This document shows positions 19,381 to 29,700 of a stretch of 64,000 bases of DNA, piece after piece; the stretch's first letter is position 1, and the number at the start of each line of letters is the position of its first letter. The notes under the pieces were generated by a model that saw only the letters and a program-made list of their open reading frames with translations, was not told where the DNA came from and did no database searches. The stretch is taken from the NCBI RefSeq assembly GCF_964355755.1, contig NC_092674.1, forward strand, positions 5,332,001 through 5,396,000, given 5' to 3'. Origin of the DNA: Antedon mediterranea. Its lineage: Eukaryota; Animalia; Echinodermata. The translations under genes were made by a program, and so were the position numbers.

Positions 19381-20242
19381 AGGTGATCAGATTTATTGTC
19401 CAAACCAACATCTCTCTTCAATAAATTCTTTTTATCAGCTCTTTTCCTACTGAATTAAAGCTAGATCTTAATAATATTAATAATGATTTATAGAGCGCAC
19501 TTTGCCACCAAAGGTGCTCAAGGTGCTTTAGAATGCTTGCTTATAGTGTATAAGCCTGGGCAAAAAGTTCTGTCTACACTATCAAATTTTATGTGATAAA
19601 AATGTGTCCATAATATATGGACATGATGTCATATCACTACCATATTTGGGCTTTTTTTCAAATTAGTTTAACAGTGTATTTAATGCAGTTGTTTTACGAG
19701 TAAAAAGAAGTACTAATTCAAAGCTAGCATTTAAACCATGTGAGCCGAGATACGGTCATCTTATTTTTTAGAATCAAGTCAAGTGTATACTGCCATCCTT
19801 TGTCAAAGATTTAAACAAGGGAACACAAAAAGAACAAACATACAGTAACTATTACTGCCTCTCAATAAGTAGTAATTAAATGTTTTAATACAATGAAATA
19901 TAATGTTTATTTATTTTGTAGTGTTCTAATTTCCAGAAAGATTTTAAAAAAAAACATTTAAAGTTATAGTCTGATCCAGAGATTTTCTCCACCCAAAGCT
20001 TTTATTCTGAAATTGTCTTTTCACTCTATTGCTATAAACAGCTTCTGGACCAGACATTCTCAACTTACAGCTCTGTCTACACATTGTATGATGTGCCCAT
20101 ATATGGACATGGTGATGTCATATCGCTACCATATTTGGGCATTGGGCACATCACATTCTCAACTTTAATTTCATTTCCTTTTGTTGAAACACATGGTATA
20201 CTGCTGCAAACTTTACTTTGGTTATTTTCCATGCAAACAATG

Positions 20243-20365
20243 TAGTGGAGCTGTAGCTTCGTTATTAACATGCTTGCCTTCCAATCCCAAGGTCCGGAGT
20301 TCAATCCTGACGTAGTGGTGTCAAGTTTGTAACTCACTCTTTCAACTCCACTCCCTAAGCCTCAA
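20243..20365 (+). mobile_element. tRNA-derived SINE head or tRNA pseudogene
   Basis: TGCCTTCCAATC anticodon-arm-like segment and B box GAGTTCAATCC; degenerate A box. Confidence 0.45.
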
Positions 20366-20685
20366 ATAAGACTTCGTTTATAAGCATGGTAAATTATGAA
20401 ATAGTTTATCTATCATGTAATTGGTGAGTTACTCACTGTCGGATGCGTATGAAATAAAAATATTCTATATTATATATTTAATAAACACATTCAGCATAAA
20501 TACAACACATTTATTTTCTTCGAAAGTTGAATAAATATGTACTTCTGTTTTGACAAAAAGGATATCATTTTGTTTTGCCATTGCTGGCTATATAGTCAAT
20601 GCTTTGGCCTGTGAGAGTTTATAGTTCTTCGGTTTTTAAGAACATTGAAAAAAATTACTTAATTATTTTCTTTCACTATTGCTGG

Positions 20686-23600
20686 CTATGAATACATTGT
20701 AGTCAATGCTTTGGCCTGTGAGAGTTTGTTTCTTTGTTCAGCCATTCGTTCCATTAATACACTTTTATAATTCTGCCATGTCTCTTGAGCTCCAATTTGG
20801 TTACTTGCGTCTTCCTCACTCATCCAATCTCGGATCTATAGATATGAATTCATTGTTTTTATAGCTCATTAGAGGATTTTATGTTTTTGTTTGTTACGTT
20901 TGGTTAAATACAATGGTTGAATGATCATATTTCCTATGCATTCCCAATACCAAGGTATGATAAGACTTCTGTTAATAACATTTATACAGTATAATTTCCT
21001 TTTTTTATAAAAACTATCTCAAACAAACCTTTTTCTATATTTAGTGTATATTCTATAGATGTCCCTATCATATCTATCCCTATCGTATCATAGATACCAT
21101 AACATGATCCAGAACAGTGTGAATATATTGTCCTTCTATTTTGTATTTTCTTTCAAAGTGGTAACTTACCAACATATCAATCCGTAACATTGTAGGTGTG
21201 TTTGCGTTATTCTTGAAAAACCGTTTGTTTATAGCAACGATCTCAGCGCCCTCACTCCACTATTAAAGAAACAAGTATTGTACTTTTAATTCATATTTTG
21301 TTCCTGTATTATTCTTCTTGGGAACACAAGTAATAAAGAGCATCTCTGGCAAGGATTCATAATTTGGAAAAATAATGAAGTATGTATTGTACACAGACTG
21401 CCTGGTTCTAAATCGTTTGAATTATTTAAAAAGTTATAAAAGGATGGTTTTATAAAATGTTACTTACCACAGCAATACATGAACGTTCCGAAGATTTACC
21501 ACTCTGGAGATCATTCAGTCCCTGATTTTAAATGGAAAACATTGATCGATTTAAAAAAAATATTAGTATAATTATAGGCAGCACTTCCCCAGTTCTTATA
21601 CTATGACGTTATCAAAATTCCTTCACTTGCACTGATGAAGAGCTAGTGTTGCCCGAAAGCTCTGCTAACTTTTCTGGCTGTTTTACTTTATCGTTTTGAT
21701 TTAGCTTTTCGCCATTTTGTTTGCATCTCCATTGAGATTCAGCCACTGATACCCACAGCATTGTCATTTTTTCAGTGCTTATTTTATTTGTATCTCCATT
21801 GAGATCCAGCCACTGATACCCACAGCATTGTCATTTTTTCAGTGCCTATTTTATTTGTATCTCCATTGAGATCCAGCCACTGATACCCACAGCATTGTCA
21901 TTTTTTCAGTGCTTATTTTATTTGTATCTCCATTGAGATCCAGCCACTGATACCCACAGCATTGTCATTTTTTCAGTAATTTGCCTTTGGATTTATAATT
22001 ATAGTTATATAGTTATGTTATTTTATCAGTGTTTTCAAAGTTTGTCTGTGGATTTTAGAAAGTTTGGCTGTGGTCTGTGTTTTCAGAGGAGATGAAGATG
22101 ATTTTACACAGGTTATAATCCCCCTAAACCACTTCACCGGGGTAACCCCCTACTTGTCTTTAATGATGAACTGGATTCTGTAAAGTGCACACGGGCAAAC
22201 AGTGTGCACTGGTCCTACGGTTTATAGTCCGTATCTGAGAAAACTTGTTCCACCACCAGAACTAGGAGCAAGTGAGGCTCAAACCCGTGCCGATATTGTT
22301 GGCTCTTTAGGTATGGTAAACGACGCCACTGTCTTAACAGCTCGACCATTTAACTCAATAATACATATTATTATTATTATTATATCTTACAAATATGTCC
22401 CCTTGTCGTAAGGCATCAACTTGTATATAGGCCAACCGTTCTTGTACGTGATCGACACGCTTTGGTTGGCTTGTTCTGGATGATAATTCTGTTCTTGACC
22501 GCTGTGTCATAAATGACGAGTTGCGGTTCAAATCTTTTGAGCGGTTAAACATCCCAGAATTCGGTTCAACAAGAGCTAACGCCGGCATGTCGATTGTTGA
22601 GTGAATGCTTTCTCTGTGTTTTACCCTAGATCTGCAATTTTGCTAAATATTAAAAACAATAATTTAATAATAAGTAATGATAATAATAATAAATAATAAT
22701 TTAAGTAATTATTTTGATAGTTCGCAGGTGGTAGGATTTTGGGAATACTGTATTTGATTTTTAGATAGAGTAGTATTTTTAAAGAATTGTATCTAATTTG
22801 GCATGAAATTTGGCAAGAAATTTTATGTTAACTTCCTAAAGCTTAGTTTATATGAATTACATTCGTGAATACTGTATTTAATATTTAGATTATTTAAAAT
22901 AAAATTATTATTATTGTATTTTTATAGAATTGTTTCTAATTTGGAATTGTAAAATGTTGGTTTTTTTTAAAGAAATTTTATGAATGACATAATGTACCTG
23001 TAATGTTGAAACCTTGTCACTGTCTTCTGATGCTTCTGCTAAACTTTTCTCTAAACAATTAATAGATTTTAAACTTGGTCTTTAGTTTTTTTAGATTGAA
23101 TTTAGTAATATTGGATTGAAATGTTCCCTTAATTTTGTTTAACAATATTGGGTGATCTATTGAACACCTTTGATATAGTTACTATACATAACACAGAAAT
23201 CAGCCTAATTCCTTTGTATTTCCTATATTGATGTCTCAAGAGTAAAATAATGTCCAAAAAAATGAAGAAAAACAACTTACCATGTTGAGATGTGGCACTA
23301 CTAGAATTACTTGATATATTGCAGTCGTTTGGTTGTTTCTAAAGAAAAGTTGTAGATTAAATTGGATGGGGAAAAAAATGCAAACATTTTGTATCAAAAA
23401 TTTATCAACAATTGATTAGTCAGACAGGTTTCTCTATAATTGGATATATTGTATTGTATATTTTCAGCATACAAATTGCATATATAATACAAAAAATACT
23501 GTACTAGAACTCACTTCTATTTAGGGGACACTTTTCCGAAAACGAATGAGGAGAAAAATATATCTCAAAGGTCTCCCCTAATAGGATTATACTTAAAATC

Positions 23601-26600
23601 AATTTTCAGAGTTTAAATGAAAGGAGGTATGATATTGAAAACTTACCTGAAGTCCTAATGTGTTACGATGTTGATTTAGATGTGATTTACTGTCAGTAGA
23701 ATCTGCTTTCGGGATCTGGAAAAGTTGAAATCAATTGTTAAAGTTTGCCAAAGTTTATGTATCGTCAGAAAAGACTGGGCTGTAGCAACCAGTACGGTTG
23801 GTAAGGTTTTAAGGCATTTGACAACCTTGTGGCCCGCACAGAGATTGTTCCCTTTTCTTACGATCACCGCATCACTTTATTTCTCGTGGCTACGGCATTG
23901 AATGGAGATCCTTGGATCCTCCTATATACTGTATATTATAGTATAGTACAAAGGCATATGTCTTACTGTACCTGAGGCAGAACAAAGTTCGTCTGACCGC
24001 TGAGAACCATTTTCTTCCAACTTGTTCCTAACATTGCTGCAAAACAATGAATTAAAACTTTACTAAATTTAGACTCTTTAAGTGTAGGCCTAGAGAACTC
24101 GCGAACACATTAACTTATACCCGGATGCTGAGAAGAGAAGCTTAGTAAGGCTCGTGAGTCAGAGATTTCATTATATATTCCAAGATAGGATGTATAACCA
24201 TTCATTTATTTTAATTGCAGTAATTTATCTTTTGTCTGTACGGTTCTTATTTGTTAGTGTTAGAATGTGTGATAGCTATGTCTTATTTGGCCGCTCCATT
24301 TAGGAATATTATTTGTAGATTTTAATGATCAATATGTTTACCATCTGCGTGAGAAGATGTCTTGACATATCCCAACTTGTTGATGCCCTGTCTGTTGTTA
24401 CATCGTCGGTCTTTGGACACATCCGTCACCCATTGTTTTCGTATGCATTTACAGGAGCCCTAAGACAAACAAAATATTATGTGAATAAAAAACTGTTTTA
24501 ATAAATTATGTACCGTGTTTGTTACCTCGGAAAGACCCGATTGTGATCCTCGGAAAGACCCCATTGTGATCCTCAGAAAGACCTCAATGTGATCCTCGGG
24601 AAGACCCCATTGTGATCCTCAGAAAGACCTCATTGTGATCCTCGGGAAGACCCCATTGTGATCCTCAGAAAGACCTCATTGTGATCCTCGGGAAGACCCC
24701 ATTGTGATCCTCAGAAAGACCTCATTGTGATCCTCGGGAAGACCCCCATTGTTTTCCTCGGAAAGACCCCATTATTTTCCTCGGAAAGACCCCATTGTGA
24801 TCCTCGGAGAGACCCGATTGTGATCCTCGGAAAGACCCCATTGTGATCCTCGGAAAGACCGCATTGTGATGATAGAAAAATATGGTAGGTTTAAAAAAAA
24901 GGTATGTATACTGTGGTAGAGATAATGATGGACTAACAAACAGACCGACCGAATGAATACCGAGAATAGTATTTTCTACTTACAGATTTTACAATAAATA
25001 CGTCTCTTGTTTGATTGGTATCGTCCACAATCAGTTTATCAGGACTAAAAAATAATAATTTGTATATAATCATTTATTTATTTAATATTTGGTGAAATCG
25101 AGGAAAATATGTATAGAAGCATAAAACGTATGAGATGTTTTACCTACCTGTAATATTTATATTGTATCGCTTCTGGGTGCTCATGAAACATTTCAATTGG
25201 AAAATCTTTAAATAAATCTACAGATCTAGAAAAGAAATTAAGTACAGTTATAAACATATCCTTTTTACCTCCAGTAATAGACGCTGATTTTTAACTTGCA
25301 AATTAGTTTTGTAAAAACATTGTACTGTAGTTTGTAATCAAGGATGGCCGATGGATAAAGCTAAGTCTTGTGTTTAATATTAGTGTTCTCTGAAGGATTT
25401 TTGGTCATACAGCTTCCCACTAGGACGCAATGAATGCAAGTCATTACATTTGACCTGAATCAGAAGCGATGGATTGCCATTGGTTAACTCGCTTGCGTTG
25501 CGCTTACGTCCTTTTGCGTGGGAACTAAACCTCAGATGGTAGTTTCAATTTGGTATGGCTTTTTGTTGTGTAGGCCTGTTATAACTTTACCGTAAGAATT
25601 CTATCGGTGGCCCTAATATTGTATTTCTTAATTCGAAATAATCTTGTTTCTCGAGCACCAGAACTTCAACCATGCCTTTACAAACGAGGCTGCATTGCCG
25701 GAGCCATTGGTGTTCCAGTTCTTCTCCCTTTTAAATTAACGTAACAAATAATTTATTCAACAGTTTTGGTACTGACAGACAATGTGATTGGCTATCAGTG
25801 GGGTAAATAACGGCTATGAGCGCTCACTGGCTAAACCCAGGGGCCCCAGAGCATGAGCAATGCAATGAGCCAGTGTTTGAGCGCTAACCCACGGTATTTT
25901 GCCCCTTTTGTTACGCCACTGTTGGTAATGGCGTGTGTCTTAGTGTTGAAAGACCCTGTTGTTGTCCCTTGTTCGTTTCACGTGAAAATGTCCCCTTAAT
26001 GGGAGTTTCGCCTGAATATGAGTGTCCCAAATGATGGGCTCTATTGCTGTAAAAACTGTAGGCCTACTGAAATGCTATGAATTTTAAGAAATCGTATTAT
26101 TGTACTAATTGACTTACATCTGTACAGCTGCCTTTACGTAAGGTTGCCATCACTTTGTTGATCACCCCGCTTTGTAATTTGTATTGATGAATAAGTTGCA
26201 CTACGAAAAGAAAATATTTAAGCATTAAATTTATTTCATACTATACTTTCTATCTCTTAAGCTTGGTTCCCACTAGAACGTAACGCAAGGACGTAAACGC
26301 AACGCAAGCGTTTTAACCAATGACAAGCGAAGTTATAGACAGTTAGCAATCACAAGCGAATAAGCCATCGCTTGTGATTGGTCAATTCACTTGCGTTGCG
26401 TTACGTCCTTGCGTTGCGTCTCTGGTGTTAACCAAGCTTTAACCTTTCCGTAACGCGAAACACAATGTTGCGTCGTCGGTTCCCACTTGTGATTACGCAA
26501 TACAGCACCTTGCGTCAATACGTCGCTGAGTTACGTTGCGTTGCGTTCTAGTCGGAACCACGCTTAAGGTTTGGCCGTAGATATAACAAACTTTGTTCGT

Positions 26601-29600
26601 TCGTTTTACGGGAGAGTGTCCCTTAATAGGAGTGTTCCAAAGGAGGAGTTCTACTAGTGTGGTTGAGGGTAGTTATTGCTATTTTTTTCACTTACCTCTT
26701 CCGGATATGACGTAATAAAATCTATCTGGTACCCTCCCTTGAAATGCTATGATTCGACCGTCGTCATAGCAATCGTAACCAATGTGACGCGCGAGGTCTT
26801 CCTCGACTCTACTCGAGAACATAGTGAACGCCTTTGTTGCTCGTAGATAGTAAATTATCTGAAATGCATATCAATATTTGATATTAAACTAATAAAAAAT
26901 ACATCGTCAATAAAGAATAACATTATTATGGTAATCGGGAGGTTTTCGTCAACCTACGACTTATGCAAATTATGCATTACGTCATTTTTCGATGATTATT
27001 ATTATTTATAAATCATTTTTTAAGTAGTTTATATCGGCTGCTGCTTTTACGGATTTTTTTCGAGAGCTTTCCCAACTTTCGTAAGTCCTTGATTGACACT
27101 GAAGTGTTTAAGGTCCTGAATAATGTTGCCGAACTTCTGACGGCATAATACAATTAAAATAAGCTTGAGTTTTTGTACCACAACACAACATCATCAGTGC
27201 AATGAAATACGGTCTTAGACATTCTAGTTATATATACCTCTATACAGGTAAAATTATAAATAATATTATAATACTCACTTTCCTTATTTCTTTTTCCTTT
27301 CTATGTTCTGGTAAATTTGTTAAATATAGTTGTAATTCCAAGGCAACCTAAAGAAAGAATTTGTCGTTACATTTACGTACATACATTTTAATTTATAGCT
27401 AGGTTAGAATCTTTGGTCTATGTCATGAAAAAACATGATAGTTCGAGATACGTTGTACAATGGTCTAAAGCGACGCAACGTAACGCATCGACCTATTGTC
27501 GCAAAGCGCTGTATTGCGTAATCACGTCAAGTGGGAACCGACAACACAATAGTTCTGCAAACATCGCAGGTTTAATTTCACACAGGCGGGGGAAGGACAT
27601 TTTATTTAGTTGCGTATGTGCGTTACGTTGCGTCGCTAGTGGGAACCAAGCTTTACGAGCACTCTCATAATGCGAGGGGCTACGTCATTTTAAATATGAC
27701 CGCGTGTGCGCTACTTTTCGAACATTACGATACAAAATAACTTAACAATAACGTACACTGTTTTTGAAGTTGGCAGACCTTACCGTCTGCAAGTTGGTGG
27801 CAAACGCCTCGCTTCTGTTGCTACCGTCCCCGTTGGTTTGACTCGCTTTCTTTTTCGTATTAAAATACCTATCAAAGATGTATACAGACACAAGTCAAGT
27901 CTATATTTCTAACGCGAAACTAAGTTCATAACTAGAAATAACAAGTAAAATAAGTACCCACTTTTTTCTCATCCTAAACGCTCTTGTTAAGATGATTACA
28001 AGACATGTGGCGGAACGAAAACGAAGTAACGCTTTTCGATGCTAAAAAGATAGAAAAAAGTTACTACAAACACAAACTATCGGAGGATGGGGTTTTAAAT
28101 AAAGTTGCTATATTGCGTGTATTGAAGTAGGCCTATGTACTGTCAGTGCTGACCAAAGGTGCTGAAGACGTCAGAAAATGTAGCGGTAGTTGGTGCTCTC
28201 ATTAGCATGAGCTTAAAATCGTTTTTGACACGTTCGGGATGTTATAACAAAAGTTTCCCCTGAATAGGGTTTACTGTTTATGATGAGTGTGCTATCTCAT
28301 CCATTTACTTTTACTCTATCCATTAAAATGCTTTCAATTACTCGCCCCGTTCCGATAGTTCTCTATTTATTTATTTGAGTGAGTGTGGCCGAGCGGTTAA
28401 GACAGTGGAACCGTAATCCTTAGCCATAACATCGGCAAGGGTTCGAGGCTCACTCGCTCCATGGTTCTGGTGGAAGTCTTCTCGGATAAGGACTATAACC
28501 CGTAGGTCCAATGTATACACCTGGCTCGTGTGCAGTTATAGTACATATATCTTTCGAGACGAGTAGGGAATTACCCCGATGTACTAGTACACACATTCAG
28601 CCACTGTCACGCACAGCCACTACTTAAAAGTAGGCCTTCTACAGTAGGCCTCATAGTAGGCATAGTTGCAAAATCTTCAGTTTGTTGAAGGCGGAAGCTT
28701 AATAGAAGAAGATCTCAATCAATATAAATGACACGGGGCTAAATCGAAATTCTAACCTTCCTTTGTCTGCTCCGGATGCGTTTAAAAGTATCAGGTGTTA
28801 TGGTACAGAACTCCTAGAAGATACAGAAGGACAAGATACATGTTTCACATTCATTATGGAGTAATAATAACCGTCGGCAGGTGTGTTTGGTTGTAATCGA
28901 AATTAACCATGAATTAGTTTAGCATTATAGCTTAACCTGCACTTTCTAAGACAATTGTGTGTTTTTGGAGCATTACACCTGCCTTTACAAGAATGCTTTA
29001 ATCAATGCATTGATTTTAGGATCGTAACCAAATACTGTACATAGGCCAAGACGTTACGTAAGCTTTGTCTACACTATCAAACTGTATATGATAACAAAAT
29101 GTAATGTGTCCATATATGGACACTACCATATTTTGACATATCACTACATATTTGGGCACATCAAACTTTTTTGTCAAACTAGTTTAGTAGTATAGACAGA
29201 GCTTATAGAGAGCAGAGACATGGACCCTGTTGCTCAGTACGACACAATACCGTTACTACATCAGCAATACCGACCCTATTGGTTAAGCTTGGTTCCAACT
29301 AGGACGCAACGCAAGTACGCAACGTAACTAACTTGACCAATCACAAGCGATAGATTATCCGAACTGTCGCTTGTCATTGGTCAATTCGGTTACGTTGCAC
29401 TCACGTCCTTGCGTTGCGTCCTAGTGGGAACCAGGCTTTACTAATGGTGTGTAAATAGTAGGCCTACGAAACGAATATTTATGCTTACGAAACGAACATT
29501 TGCTTATTTTAGGTGGCTTTGGGAGGAGAGATTTGAAGCATGGAACGCCAAAACTATTAGTAGTGCTACACTACCCACCCTGACTTTTTCTCGCATTGGA

Positions 29601-29700
29601 CTACCCATTCTTTCCATTGCATTTTCTACACTCTTTTTTGGTGTTACCATATCGGTCACCTCCATCAGCCGCTTTTCTATGGTTTCCATGGCATCGTCAT
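20686..29700 (-). CDS. Cyclic nucleotide-binding domain-containing protein (CNBD2/CNBD1-like, two CNB domains). Exons in transcript order: 29579-29700, 27962-28041, 27784-27868, 27279-27347, 26696-26858, 26118-26200, 25591-25727, 25148-25225, 24984-25044, 24342-24459, 23972-24036, 23647-23715, 23281-23338, 22998-23050, 22391-22642, 21468-21521, 21170-21259, 20686-20835. Candidate upstream exons: 30294-30339 and 31883-31982
   Basis: 18 GT-AG exons join in one open frame ending TAG. Translation includes LLRFRSATCLVII; LPEHRKEKEIRKIIYYLRATKAF; YDDGRIIAFQGRVPDRFYYVISGRV (CNB beta-roll); GEEL...RQCSLVC...VEVLVLEKQDY; second domain DLFKDFP...VFIVKSGSC...LRQGDIFG...SEGAEIVAINKRFF; tail MSEEDA...TWQNYK. 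The start codon is uncertain. Confidence 0.85.
21629..21665 (+). ncRNA. Minimal type-I hammerhead ribozyme motif (Penelope-like element terminus)
   Basis: GCA-CTGATGA-A-GAGC TAGTGTT GCCC-GAAA-GCTC-TGC: intact core, 3-bp stem I, stem II with one mismatch, palindromic AGCT stem III, CUC cleavage triplet. Confidence 0.65.
21721..21977. repeat. 67-bp tandem repeat, about 3.8 copies
   Basis: Unit starts at 21721, 21788, 21855 and 21922 (TTGTATCTCCATTGAGATCCAGCCACTGATACCCACAGC...). Confidence 0.95.
22100..22355 (-). mobile_element. tRNA-derived Deu/Nin-like SINE
   Basis: Same family as 1347-1660; the reverse complement has A box TGGTCGAGCTGTTAAG. Confidence 0.78.
24526..24868. repeat. Minisatellite, 23-bp unit CATTGTGATCCTCGGAAAGACCC, with a 46-bp higher-order dimer
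   Basis: About 15 units; the central ones alternate CAGAAAGACCTC and CGGGAAGACCCC. Confidence 0.95.
26259..26440. mobile_element. MITE family B (Harbinger-type, CpG-rich palindrome), representative copy. Other copies or relatives, approximate: 25408-25530, 26440-26567, 27465-27653, 29284-29440, 32915-33150, 33273-33455, 33478-33620
   Basis: TIRs AGCTTGGTTCCCACTAG...ACGCAACGCAAG, TAA/TTA flanks, internal CCAATCACAAGCGA inverted repeats. Confidence 0.88.
28377..28620 (+). mobile_element. tRNA-derived Deu/Nin-like SINE
   Basis: A box TGGCCGAGCGG, B box GGTTCGAGGC, core CTCGGATAAGGACTATAACCCGTAGGTCC. Confidence 0.82.

Noticed and set aside
21721-24868. Tandem arrays as CRISPR-like loci (also 16397-16680)
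   Set aside because: Units are contiguous with no unique spacers, there are no cas genes, and the context is eukaryotic introns.
27165-27200. Minus-strand CTGATGA as a further hammerhead
   Set aside because: No GAAA box and no convincing stem II.
28377-28455. Functional tRNA genes at SINE heads (also 6512, 20243 and 63580)
   Set aside because: A and B boxes are present, but there is no complete cloverleaf and each continues into a repeat body.
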